In this document: in pieces, positions 1 through 12,876 of the stretch
How the letters are laid out: every line of letters starts with the position of its first letter
Position numbering within the stretch: the stretch's first letter is position 1
Made by a program: the position numbers and the translations under genes
Notes under the pieces: generated by a model
The model's database searches: none
What the model saw: only the letters and a program-made list of their open reading frames with translations
Told to the model about the DNA's origin: nothing
DNA from: Paraspadella gotoi
Lineage: Eukaryota; Animalia; Chaetognatha
Assembly: GCA_051294375.1 (NCBI GenBank)
Contig: CM119270.1
Coordinates: forward strand, 5,912,027 to 5,976,026
DNA length: 64,000 bases
Direction: 5' to 3'

Positions 1-2310
1 AAACCAATCAATCAATCATCAATAAATAATCATCAATCATAAAAATATAATCCATAAATCAATAAATAAATAAATCAATAAATAAATCAATAAATAAATC
101 ATAATAAATCATGAAATAAATTCATAAATAAAAATAAATAAATCAATAAATATAAATCAATGAATAATGCAATCATCAATCTTTGAAATCAATAAACTAA
201 TTAATATTGTTTCTTTTTTTTCATGCGAATGGGTCCTTTCGTTTCGTCCGTCTACATCAGACAGAATTTAAACTGATTTTGGAAAGCGAAAGGTGACGCC
301 TTCTGTCATTAACTTTCTTCGCTTGTCCATCTGTAAATCTTTCTAAGCCCTGTCGGCCAATAAATAATATCTGTCTATCTGTATATCTGTCTCTTAATGG
401 AATGGATCGGTTTGTTGTATATCTCTTCTTCAAGTTCTGATCGGTTTGCCTGTCTGTCAATCAGCCATGCACTGTCGCGTCAATCAGTCTAATCCATCTG
501 ACCGTCCCTTTTTGGCTTGTTTGCCCTTATATATCTGTTTCGTCCGTCTGTCCGTCCTTTCGTCCCTCTTCATTACAGCCATCTTCTTACACACCTCCCT
601 CCGAATTTAAGTCTGATCGGTTTTGTTCTGTCTGTCAATAGCCCATCACTGTTTCATAAAATCAGTTCGTCCGTCCTTTCGTCCCTCTTCATACGCAGCC
701 ATCTTCTTGCCCCCCCCTCCGAATCTTCAGACGATGAAGGATGACGAATGTCTCAGACTTCGCCCAGGCGGCGCTGGATGTGCTTGGCATCTCGGGGCGG
801 AAAGTGAGCTCGCTCGTTCAAAATGGCGGAGAGAAAACATGGCGCCCGAAATGATTCCGCGCAGCGCAATTGCCTAATAACGTCCGAGCCCAGCTTTATG
901 TACACAGAAATCAATCTTGTGGAAGAAGCAATCGTACATTTACGCGAAGAAGAATTTCAATTTGTTTCTTTGAAAATAGAATAACATTTTAAATATTAAA
1001 GTTTAAAAACTATATATTGTTCAAGAAGATGGTTTAATCCGTATCCGTAGTAATTTAATAAGCGAGCGCTAAAATGGTTAGTAAAAAAAACTCCGCCTTT
1101 GTCTGTGTTGTTGTTCGTTCGTCGTCCTCAGTCGTCCGTATTAGTTACATTTTCATAGTCGTTCACCGGCAAGTACAGCTTAATAGATTAAGACGAGCTG
1201 GTTGGCTTGATATCAAATGCCTGTTTTCCTTGTTTGTAGGCGGGCGATTTTGTCTCCAACTCTCAACCTGAACTAGAAACTGCCACTGAGCGTGAAACAC
1301 CTAAACTGGGGGTATCTATAGGTAACATGAACTGCCGTTTGTCTGCACCATGCCGAGTCGAACGATGCGGGACCCATTGGGATTATTAATTTTATATCAG
1401 GAACGGTTCAAAACTATAGTAGATGGGGAACGCAAAAGGTAAATGTAAAGCAATACAATCTCTCTGCTCTCGTCGCCGTCTTCTCTCTCTCTCTCTCTAC
1501 TCTCCCTGCTCTCTCTCTTCCACTCTCTCTCTCTCTCTCTCTCTCTCTTCTTTATTTGAGTAATATAGATAAGGGCCGTTGCATCGATTTTCACGAGTCA
1601 CCCATTTTCGGATACGTATCTCTCCTTTTTATTTAATTTTCATGTGTTTCCAAAAATCGATTTTTTGTCATAAGTTATCAGTATTTTAATCCAGCGAATA
1701 GCGCTAAATTCAAATGCATTAAATAAATCCGTAAAAAATAATAAAAAAGTGTGTTTAAATAATAAATATAAAGTTTTCTTAAGTATAATTAAATCTGATC
1801 TTGCTTGAAAAGTTAATTAAAGATAAAATTATTGTAATTTTATAAATTTTTATATTTGTCAGTGAATTACATTAACAAATTCAAAATTTGAATCAAATTT
1901 AAAAAAAATCATAATTTTTCTTTCTAAATTATTAATTTTTCCAAAACGTATTTGGGGAAGTTTCTCAAATAAAACTTTTGACCCTTTCTATTGACAATCC
2001 GCTTGGTTTTAAGACAGCGTCGGCGGAACTGAGACTTTCATCCTTGGGCCGTGAATACCCTGGTAACAAAATGGGATCCTTGAGGATAAAGGATGCGTCG
2101 GTCGTTGTAAACTCAACTACATATTTTATGCGCCTTCGTCTTCTTCTTCAAAGTTCTCACGACAGAGCGGAGAACTTTCAATTCAAATGAGCAGTTTATC
2201 AAACCGAACATTTTCGTGGGTAAAAGACAGCACTGTTCATCATTTAATTCTAAAAATACAATGAATTTTATAAGGTCTCTTAGTGTTTCCTCCTGACCTT
2301 ATTCACTGGG

Positions 2311-2839
2311 CAGTAAGGCGTAGTAAATTTCTAATTTAACTTTAATTAAAATTCTAAAAGTAAGGAACGAACAATATTATACTAATGAACATTTAAGTAA
2401 TAAAAAATTTATAATAAATTTTACAATTTACGCAGTAGGCCATATTTATACTAGTACTAAACCAATAAATGTTAAAATTTCCAAAACATTTTTTTCAAAG
2501 ATTTTTTGGCGGATTTGGATTCGTCGTAAAAAAGTTAATAAAAAGAAATATAACTCTTTTGAAAAATCCTTCATTAAGTAGGTCAAAAATTAAAAAGCTA
2601 TATTTTAGCTGAAAATTTAACTTTTTATATATTAAATATAGTTTTTTTATTCAAATAGCAATCAAAATTAAGAAAATCCTATTTTGAAATTTTTCAGATT
2701 TTATAAGGATAGTAAATATAGCCTACTGCGAAAATTAAAAAAACATAAAATTATTTTTTTTTACAAATTAATGTTCACTGATAAGGTTGTTCATAATTGA
2801 CTTTTAGAATTTTCGTATTAACTTTCACTACGCCTACTG
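2311..2839. mobile_element. MITE-like element with long imperfect terminal inverted repeats
   Basis: Ends CAGTAAGGCGTAGT... / ...ACTACGCCTACTG are inverted. Further inverted blocks lie inside (AAAATTCTAAAAGT/ACTTTTAGAATTTT; CGCAGTAGGC/GCCTACTGCG). AT-rich and non-coding. Confidence 0.5.
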
Positions 2840-3972
2840 TTCATAATTAATTCTAAAAATACAATGAATTTTATAAGGTCTCTAGTATTGGCAGTGGGCA
2901 GTGTCTCGTCTATTAACCAGTAAACTAACAGGTACATCATCCTTTCATTTCCCGAATCTAAAGGTTCGAACGACCACAAAAATACGATGCGTAACATCAC
3001 AAGACAGACTGTATCTTCAGTGACCGAATGCGCCGCACTGTTTTATCCGATCCGATGGAAACTATTGATGGATTCATCTTAAAGGTTTGAAGTGTCATAT
3101 CATCTATCGAAGAACGTGATCCTTATTGTATTTCTTGCAGGACGTCATCCTTTAGGACGGCAGAATCGGTCGCGTTTTGTCAATTTACCGCCAAGAAGGA
3201 CGTTTGCAATAACGTTACTTCCGAGGCGAACGAAAGTTCACAATGCCGGGAGCCTGGGAAATTCTACGAAAAAGTAAATGATTCGAAAATAATGGAAATT
3301 CAATCATGGATTGATTGATTTAGTAGCTGATTGAATTTTTTTATTGACTGATTTATTAAAAAAAAAACATCCAACTTCATTAATATTGATCATCCCATCA
3401 TTCTATCCTATCGATTCTATTTAAAATATAAGAATAACAATAAAAGACAATCAATTTACATCTAAATATACAATAAGGACGCCCCTTATATATAAGCTTT
3501 CCCGTATGTTTTCACTATCAGAACATAAAATTCTACTTTGTAGGTCTTAACCCTCAGAAATTGGAATCATTAATAACCTTAATTCGATAACAAATTATTA
3601 TCCTCTCACCCTTTCTTACAGATTTTAGATATTTGAAATTTTCAATAAATGACTTCTTAACAAGAATGATGTCTAATTATCTAATTAGAAAACTCCAACT
3701 CATGTTCTCGATCCCCAATTAGTTTCTGGTTTCGCTCTCGACTTTTGAGCCTTTCCTCCTTGGCCGCCAAATTGGTCTTATGTCTGACCCATTGCTGCTC
3801 CAAAGTTGGGGGAAAACGTTACAATCGTCGGAGAGTCATTCAAACTTCTTTCCGACATAGTAATAAGAAAGAAGAAAGAAAGATGAAAGAAAAGAAAGAA
3901 AGAAAGAAAGAAAGAAAAAGCAACCGAAGAAAAAAAAGAACCCAAGAAAAAAGAACCAAAAAAAAAGAACCC

Positions 3973-3997
3973 NNNNNNNNNNNNNNNNNNNNNNNNN
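3973..3997. other. Assembly gap (25 N)
   Basis: 25 consecutive N. The sequence just before it (~3700-3972) reappears at ~6690-6990. Confidence 0.99.
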
Positions 3998-4849
3998 GCT
4001 TCCTGTGCTTTTACTCACAATGAGTTTTTTTATGTATTACCTAATCTATTTTTTTATACGTATTTTCATGCGTTTTTTTTTAAGTAAGTTATAACTTGGT
4101 ACTGAACGAATTCTAAATCGTTGTTTAAATTTAAGGAATCTGGAATAACGAATACTTTACCCTAACTTATTACCAAAAAAAACAAAGAGACACAATCAAT
4201 AAACGTCTTTTTAAACATCAAAAAATCTCTAGAAACTAATTGTCTTCTCCACCGACCCACTCCCTCTCCCACTCCCTCTCTATCTCGCGCCAAATAATTA
4301 TATGATCGACGATCAGACGGAGAGCGAGATCAAAAAACTTCTGCGTCGCGACAAACGTCACGTCAACTTTGATCATAGAGACTTTTCGTGTCTCTTCAAC
4401 TCTGATCTTCGCTGACGCATCCGTCATCCTCCTCTCCTCCTCCTCCTCCTCCTCCTCCTCATGACATTTAGTCTCCCCGGGGTCGACGATGCCATTCCGA
4501 GAAACCCTCGCTCTCGACCCCTACTCCTCTCTTTGTCTCCCTCCCTCCTTCTCCCTTCCTCTCATTCCTTTTTCACCTTCTCTCCCTTCCTCTCATATTC
4601 CTTCTTCCCTTCCTTCTTCTTTCCTCCTTCTTCCTCTCTCCCTTCTTCCTCTCCCGACTTCCTACCATCTTCTTCTACCACCTTTGCTATTTCCCCTCCT
4701 CTCCCGCCTCCCTCACTCTTCTCTCCTCCTTTCTTCCTCCTCCTCCTCCTCCTTCCTCCTCTTGCACCATAAACCTCATGACTCTAATCAATCTTCCTCT
4801 TCCCCGCAAAAAATGATGCCACGGGACGACTCAACCTCATCCGAATGGT

Positions 4850-4965
4850 CATTCTCGACCAGCTGGTCAATCTCAACTCTTTGACCCATTCTCCACCAGC
4901 TGGTCAATCTCAACTCTTTGACCATTCTCGACCCAGCTGGTCAATCTCAACTCTTTGACCATTCG
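4850..4965 (+). repeat. 36-bp minisatellite, about 3 copies
   Basis: Tandem unit CATTCTCGACCAGCTGGTCAATCTCAACTCTTTGAC with single-base indels. Confidence 0.9.
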
Positions 4966-5582
4966 CCAAAGAAATGACTTTTCTCAACCCAACCGTTCTC
5001 ATCCGTCCATTCAACTCGTCTTCCCATTTTCAAACTTCCCTCTTTCTTTTCTCCTTCTCGTCTTCCTCCTCCTTCCCCTCCTCCAACTGAACCTCATCTT
5101 CCTCGTCGTCCTCCTTCTCGTCTTCCTCTTCCTCCCGCTCCTTCCTCTCGCCCACTCCGCGGTCGAAGCCTCGGTCGTTATCGAGGAGAAACAACAACAA
5201 CACAACGATAGCTACAACAACACACAACGATGGCGCGCATCGAAGCGCGATTCCAGTCGGAAGGAATCATCATCATCAATCATCATCATCATCCACGAGC
5301 GCCACGAGAAATCCGGGTCAGCGATCAGTATTTCCGTTATTTTTTTTTTATTATTATATAATTTTGTACGAGTTAATTTGAATAAAATGAATAAATATAT
5401 TATATCCCTCTAATATCTAAATAGACAGGACTTGGGCGTTAAATTTTTTATTTAAATTAAAACTTAAAACTTTTTTTTATTAATAAAACTTAACTTGTTT
5501 TTTTTTTTTTTTAACCATTAACATCAAAAACATATAATACTACTAAAATGTTTATGTATATACTCGCCTTTCGTTGTTTTTG

Positions 5583-6329
5583 AGGTATTAGGAAAAAACA
5601 GTTTTTTGTTTGACAACGATTTATTTGACACAATTTAGTCAGACATGTTTCGGCTCATTCATTTAGAGCCTTCATGAGTGTTTGACAATCAATATTTGTC
5701 TCTGTTGAAGTAAGTTTTGAGAGAGAGAAAGAGAGAGAGAGAGAGAGAAATTGAGGGAGAGTTTCCAACAAAGAATAAGGTAAGGACAGTGGTCAGATCT
5801 GAGGACAGCTGAAGGTGAGGAGAGGGAAGAAGTAAGTTTTGGAAAATGAAAAATGAAGTGGGAGAGAGAGAGAGAGAGAGAGAGCAAGCAAAAATTTTTA
5901 AACAATACATTTAGCAATGTACAACAGAGATAAAATGCAGTTTCAGTTTATGTTTAGATTTTATGCATTTTATCTCTGTTGTACATTGCTAAATGTATTG
6001 TTTAAAAATTTTTGCTTTGCTTCTCTCTCTCTCTCTCTCTCTCCCTACTCTCATTTCATTTTTCAAAGACTTACTTCTTCCCTCCTCACCTTCAGCTGTC
6101 CCAGATCTGACCACTGTCCCCTTACTTATTCTTTGTTTGGAAACTCTCCCTCAATTTCTCTCTCTCTTCTCTCTGCTTTCGTCTCTCCAAAAACTTACTT
6201 CAACAGAGACATAATATTGATTGTCAACACTGTTATGCAAGGCTCCTAAAATGAATGAGCCGAAACATGTCTGACTAAATTGTGTCAAATAAAGTCGTTG
6301 TCAAACAAAACTGTTTTTTCCTAATACCT
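5583..6329. repeat. Long inverted repeat (foldback), arms ~360 bp, loop ~24 bp
   Basis: 5583-5939 is the reverse complement of ~5964-6329 apart from scattered small indels. Confidence 0.9.
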
Positions 6330-6624
6330 AAAATGTTAAACTACTTCATGAAAGACTGTAAAAGCGAAAATGATGAACCATTTTTGGGGTTATCATTTTA
6401 TTAATAAACAAAAAACGATAATAACACAATTGAATACAGAAAACAGTAACGCAATCCATAAACAATGTAAATATAAATTGGAACTAAATATCATGAAGAA
6501 TCTATAAAAAATAAACGTTCAATGAACAGGATATCTTAGACTCTCTCTCTCTCTCTCTCTCTCATTTCTCTCTACGTCTCTCTCTCTTCTCTCCTCGGTC
6601 TCTCTTCCTCTCTCTCTCTCTCGG

Positions 6625-6660
<36 letters not shown>

Positions 6661-6859
6661 ATCTTTTCCTTCTCTTCCATTGAGGTCACAACTCAATGTT
6701 CTCCGATCACAATTGTTTCTGGTTTCGCTCTCGACCTTTTTGAGCCTTTCCTCCTTGGCCGCCAAATTGGTCTTAATGGTCCTGACCCTTGTGCTCCAAA
6801 GTTAGGGGAAAACGTTACAATCGTCGGAGAAGTCATTCAAACTTCTTTTCGACATAGTA

Positions 6860-7305
6860 CAAAAAGAACAGAAGAAAGAAAGATATGAAAGAAAGAAAGA
6901 AAGAACCAAAGAAAGAAGAAAGAAAGAAAAAGAACAAGAAAAAAAAGAACCAAAGAAAAAAGAACCAAGAAAAAAACAAAGAAAAAACCAGAAAAAAGAA
7001 GATAAACCAAGAAAAGACCAAGAAAAAAAGAACCCAAGAAAAAAGCAAAAAATAGCACCATGAAAAAAAAGACCCAAAAAGAACCCAGAAAAAAAGAACC
7101 AGAAAAAAGAACCCAAGAAGCCCAAGAAAGACCAAGAAAAAAGAACACCAAGAAAAAAATGATACCAAAAAAGAAAAAAAAAGAACCCAAGGAAAAAAGA
7201 ACCAAGAAAAAGACTCCAAGAAAAAAAGAACCCAGAAAAAAGACCCAAGAAAAAAAGAACCCAAGAAAAAAGAACCCAAGAAAAAAAGAACCCAAGAAAA
7301 ACTAA
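6860..7305 (+). repeat. A-rich degenerate tandem repeat (AAGAAAAAAGAACC-like)
   Basis: Visible low-complexity repeat that produces the spurious Phe- or Lys-rich ORFs. A related tract is at 3865-3972. Confidence 0.9.
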
Positions 7306-7341
7306 AAACGAAATTTTAACTTTGTCACAATTATTCCTCAG

Positions 7342-9761
7342 ACTTTCGCAGTGCCTCGTCCTTCTTCCTTCTCCTCTTCCTCATCCTCCAATGATGTCTT
7401 CAATTTCATCGACGATGAACGCCACCGCAGCCCGCAGTCGCTGCTGCAACGCCGCGTGCAGCTGCCGTTTCTGCCGCTTCTGCCGAAGCCGGCTGCTCCC
7501 TCTCGGCCGACGAAATTTCCCGACACGGACATCGACGCCAAGATCACCGTGGCGCGACTGCCGGCAGGGGCGGCGGCGGCGGCGCAGCGGCGTACCAAGC
7601 CAAACCCCAAACTCCTCGCCACTGTCTCCCCCATTCACCTTCTCTTCAGCCCCTCGTCGACCCCGTCAGACTTCGTCGTCTCGGCGGATCGTCGCCCCAG
7701 CGCCTCGTGGACGACCCGAACCAAAAGGCACTCCCCGCCCCGAGCGGCAAGCCCGCTCCGTCGGCGAGGCACGATCGGTGACTCCAGTCTTTCTGTCCCG
7801 GAGAGGCTCGATCTCAGCTCCGCGTGGACGGCCTTGGAGGACTCGTCCCCGGAGGAGGGAGATCACCGACAACCCGACGGGCGGGCGGACGATCAGAATC
7901 GCCTCGATGCTCTTTTGTCTACATTTTATGGTCACGTTGTCTCTTCGCCGCATGTGCAGCTGATTATTGGTGAAGGGTAAGTCTCTCTTTTTGGGAAGGT
8001 TTTCGGGTTGTCTTTTTTTCTGACGACTTTTAAAATATTTTTTGTCTTTCTTATTTCTCTCTTTTCTATCCGCCGTTTATAGTCTGCCATCTTTTTTCCC
8101 TTCGCTTCTTCCTTTCTTCTTTCGCTTTCTTTCTTATTTCTTTGTTTTTTTTTTTTTTTTCTTTTTTTTTATTTTTTTCTTTTTTTTCTATTTCTTTCTT
8201 ATTCTTCTTTTCTATCTTTTTTCTTTCTTTCTTTCTTTCTTTCTTTCTTTTCTTTTTTCTTTTCTTTCTTTTTTTCTTTCTTTATTCCCACTTTCTTCTA
8301 TCCTCCTCTATTCTTTCTTCATATCGTTTCTCTCTCAATGTATTTTTTTTGGTTTGTCTCTCTTTCTTTCCGTCTGTCATTTTACGATAACGCTCCTTCT
8401 CGAATTTCACCCACAATATATTTCATTCCCTCCCTTTCTCCCCTCTCTCCCTCTCCGCACTCTTCTCGTCTCCCAAAACAGACCTCCCTCTCTCGCCTTT
8501 CCTCCTCCTTTCCTCCCCCTCCTCCTCTCCTCCATCCTCCTGTTATCTCTCTCTCTTACTCATGTCTCCTTCGCTTAGATCATGATCGGTCGTCCTGCTG
8601 AGAGATCAGTCGTTGCCATCCTCCTTCACATCCTGCAACGTGTTAGAGTCGATCAAACCTAATCAATAAATCAATCAAACAATCAGATCAATCAATCAAC
8701 ATCAATCAAATCATTACAATCCATCATCTTATCATCCATCATCAATCAAATCATATATCAATCAAATAAGTGATTGATATAGTAACAGAATAACTTGGCA
8801 TCTAATTAATAAAATCAGGAAAATCACCAATCAACATTTATTCATTAAATCGATCAAACCAATCGTATCAATCAACGAATCAAATCACAATTTTTATTCA
8901 AAATCTATTAAAAATCACTTATTTTTTAATTGATTCGCGGTTCTCCTCTGGAGACTTCTCAAAACGTCGTCGTCAAGAGAAAGAGGATTTCAGCAGAAAT
9001 TGGTTCGTCGGTGCTCGGTTGTGCAGGTAATAATGGGGGTTGGTCATAATTGGGTTGGTTAGTTGGTACGTGGTGGCGTTGATTTTACCAAGTGAATAAA
9101 AAAAGGTTGTTAATCACGCTCATCTAATCGCATCTAGCATCTCAATCTAATTCTAATACTTAATCTAATTATCTAATATAATTATTCCTAATCTAATCTA
9201 AATCTAATCTAATAACTAATCTCCGCTTCATCTTCCCCTCCTCCACCCTCGGATCAGTAGATTTCCGGTCATGTAACCTTGTCTGGCCCCCCTCCCCCGC
9301 AGGTCTTCCTCTCAAACTCTCCGCTCTCGTCTCCTCGCTCGGAACTCGGTCGTCCCTCTCTCCAGATCCGCTCCGCGTCATCTGCTCTCTCTCTCTCTCT
9401 CCTACCGCCGGCGTCACTCTCGCTTCGCCCATGAGATGAACGCTCTGTCGCTCTTCCTTCTTCTCCTCCTCCGCTCCTTCGCTCCTCCTACCGTCTCTCC
9501 TCCTCCCTCCGCCCTCTCCTCCACCTTCGTCTGGCTCTGCTTTTGCTCTCGCCCGCGGGCGCCGCTCTCCGTCTTCGCCTCCGCCACGGTGCTGGACCGG
9601 CGCTCGGTCGTGGGGTGCCGCGGTTCGTGGTGACGGCTGAGTGGACGTTGGGGCGCAGACGGCGTGGGGAGGAGGAGGAGGAGGAGGAGGAAGAGATAAG
9701 GGGGGAACGTTGTCGAAGGTCGGGCGGATGGTCTTTCGTCGCCAACGAGGGTATGATGAAT

Positions 9762-9796
<35 letters not shown>

Positions 9797-12527
9797 GAGA
9801 GAGAGGGGCGTTTATTATCCGTCCCCCTTCTCTTCCCCACATTCAGCCACCCTTCCTCTGCCGCCAACCTGCGCCGCCCCCTCCCACCCTTCGGCCGCCT
9901 CTCGTCTTCATCTGCGGCGGCCAAAGTCTTCGACGCCGTCTCCCCGGAGTTATTCCGCGGCGCCGACCGACCTTCTTTGCCTCCAACTGACGGCGACGGT
10001 GGAAGCCGTTCTGGTCATCCTGTGGTTCGTTTGCCCGGCGCGATTGGTACTTTGAGGTTCCGCGTCGTCCGTCGCCGTCGTCGTCTCGCGCCGTTTCTCG
10101 GTTGGGCGTGATCGTTATTGGCGGCGGAGATGCATTGGAGGAAGAAGAATGAGGACGACGAGGCTCTTCTCCTCTCGCTCTTACCTCCTGCTGCCCTACC
10201 GGCGCGCCCAAATCGTCGGTTTCGTCCCCGGGCGCCCTTTCCGGCGCGCTGCATCTTCCATTGCCACACGGCGTCCTCGCTCCGAAGAAGGCTTTCGATC
10301 GGCGCGCTCGATTCGATGAAAAAGCGAAGAGCAAGATCGGACGCTCGGCGAAAAGCGAAGAGCAAGATCGACGCTCGGCGCTTTCTTCGGACGAAACGAA
10401 GAAATCTCGTTGAGTCTGGCGCTCCTAAACCGGAAGTCGATCAAAATTCCCGTCTCCAGACCGGAACTCATTTGAAAAGTCGATCCGGCGACGGCGCCGC
10501 ACTTTGAGGTAGAACCAACGTGCTTAGTTTTCGGGGACGAGGAAAAACGACGCCGGTCGTCCCGACCGGCGTCTTTGGGCATCCCTTCGGCGTGGAACTC
10601 CGCAACGCGCAGTCAATCTTTTTCGCCTTCAGACAGTTCCTGGCGGCACATCGTTCCTTCTCCTCGCTTATTCGTTCGCCCCGTAAAATTATTACTCTCA
10701 AATATCCGGCGCCCTCAATATCTTTGGCCATGCCCCGAGCACCGTCCGTCGTGACCTGACGATAATCATTTTGGGCATTCCTTCAGGCACTCCCAATTGG
10801 CATTCCTTCAGGCACTCCCATTGGCATTCCTCCAGGCATTCCATTGGCATTGTCCCGGCAAACGCTTCTCGTCACTGCATCTTCGCTCAAAGATTCGAAC
10901 CTCAACAAACCTCGGCGAACGCTGTTCGTCCACGCGACGAGCGGGAGGGTCATCAAGTAAAACGTTGCGCGGCGGCGGCGGGCGGCAGGCGGCGGCGGCG
11001 GCGCGCGGGGGTAACCCGGAGGCGTCTCCAATCCAAAGACTCTGGACGAACAATGCAATTCGTCCAACAGCAGAAACACAACACGAATTTGTGGCCGGGA
11101 CGTCGTTGTCCACTTCGTCGTCGTCCGTTGCCGTCGTCTTCCAACCATCGTCGCTAGATGCTAACGCCGATGACGCCGTCATGAAATTCGCAGGCGTAGC
11201 CGGTCGCAGCCGGTGGAGAGAAGGAAGCCGCCATCATCGTCAAAAGCCGGGCAATTAGCGAAATGGGCCGTTTGTACCAAAAGACACCGATGCGAAAACG
11301 GCGCCTTCTGACCCTCCGATCGACGTGGACGCCGGGACGCGTTAGCAGTCGTCGCGTAAGGGCGTGGCGAAGGACTGAGAGAGAAGAAAGATGGCGACGG
11401 CGTCGAACGAATCAAAAGACATGAAGACAGAGACGATGTTAACGCTTAAGGACAGCGACATGCGCGACAACGACTCATTCCTCCTCCCGAACTCTTCGCC
11501 TCTTCTTACTCCGAGTGCAGCAACTGCTTCCGCTGCAGCAAATTCTCGTCACTCTTTCTGCGTCACTCCTGCAGCTGCGGCAGCGGCGGTAGCGGCAGCC
11601 GGGACGATGACACTTACGCTCGTGTTGTGCGGAGCTGGAATCTCAGCTGGAGGCGAAGGAGGATGCGGAGGCGAAGGGAAAGCGAAAGATCTTCATCGAG
11701 AAATCTGTCGTCGCCTCCGAGGAGGATTTCCTCGTCCACGAGAGACTACCGTGTCAGTGTGGACTGAGGAAGAATCGAGTATTATCTCCGAAGGGGAGGA
11801 TGGACAGCAAGGGGTGACAACTAGGACGGCGGATGCCGATGGGTGGGTCGAATGCAAAGGCGGAAGGGCGAATAGGCGGATGCGCTGAGGCAAGGTATAC
11901 CGCAGATGAGCGAGTCCATAATGGTCCGGAGGAAGTTATGGTTCTTCTTAAAAGTAATCAATACTTAAGCTCTGTTTCTTTTTTGGTCAGCAGAAAAACA
12001 GCTGGACCAAGTGAGGCTCGCTGGTCAAACCGAACGACGACGATGACGATGCTGAAATCCAACGAGGAAAAAGCGCCGAGAGACGACTCGGTGTCGCGGC
12101 ACTTCGATGCAAGCGCTGTCTACTCACGCCGGCTTTCACAAATGGGACCCGAATCAAATCGCGTCAAAGGTAATAAAATTACGGCCCGATTTTTTTATCA
12201 GTTGTTCGGTTCGAAATTTGTTTAATCTTGGACAGTGAAAAAATTATTCGTTCTTTTAAAAAGTCATTTCGAGTTTTGAAATATAGCCTCTCTTTTCTCT
12301 CTCTCTTCTCTCATCTCTCTCTCTCTCTCTCTTCTCTCTCTCCCCTTTCTCTCTCATCGTCTCTCTCTTTCTCTTCTCTTTTCTGTCCTTCTGCTCGCTC
12401 TGATCTCTCGATCCAGATGCACTCATGGAAAAGGTTCTGCTCCGTCGGGATGGATTCTGCGACTACGAACCGGAAGAAAAAATCGAAACGCCTCTCCTTA
12501 AGATCCTTGTGGGGGGGAGAGAGATGA
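7342..12527 (+). CDS. XK-related (XKR family) membrane protein gene, noisy copy 1 (many indels; 5' exons unresolved)
   Basis: Exon candidates 7342-7976 (AG...GT bounded, open), ~8935-9026, 9303-~9749, 9847-~11893, ~11993-12169, ~12417-12527. Near-identical to copy 2, where XK motifs are readable. Confidence 0.55.
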
Positions 12528-12876
12528 AGAGACGAGAGAGAGAGTGAGAGTTAGAGAGTAGGAGAGAGAGAGAGAGTAGAGAGTAGAGAGAGAGAGTTTA
12601 GAATTTGGTTAGCAGTGTAACTAGTCATAATTTCACTTTTCCTCGTCTCATCATCGACATTGCTAACTATTCATTTATTTTTGATAATTGTCAAAATTGT
12701 TGATTGTCTCATTTAATTTGAAATTGCCGCAAAAAAAAGCGAGTTTGAACTATTCAAATAGTTTTTTTATTTTTTGGTTTCCAACCCTAACGCCAAGCAT
12801 CTATAATGTTAAAATTTCAGTACCAAAAAAAAAATCATGTCAAATTCTTTTTTCTTCTCTCCCTTTTTTTTTCTCT

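Noticed and set aside
731-880. Possible terminal exon of an upstream plus-strand gene (NVSDFAQAALDVLGISGRKVSSLVQNGGEKTWRPK*)
   Set aside because: Short, frame ambiguous and no recognisable homology, so it cannot be supported.
4850-4965. 36-bp direct repeats resembling a CRISPR repeat length
   Set aside because: Units are head-to-tail with no unique spacers, there are no cas genes, and the context is eukaryotic.
6802-7305. Several 80-150 aa Phe-rich or Lys-rich ORFs (also 8042-8601, 30745-30984, 35471-35683, 59083-59604)
   Set aside because: Translations of microsatellite or low-complexity intronic tracts that simply lack stop codons.
9193-11900. Many overlapping Arg/Pro-rich ORFs on both strands suggesting overlapping genes
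   Set aside because: Shadow frames of a GC-rich, indel-ridden copy of the XKR exons.
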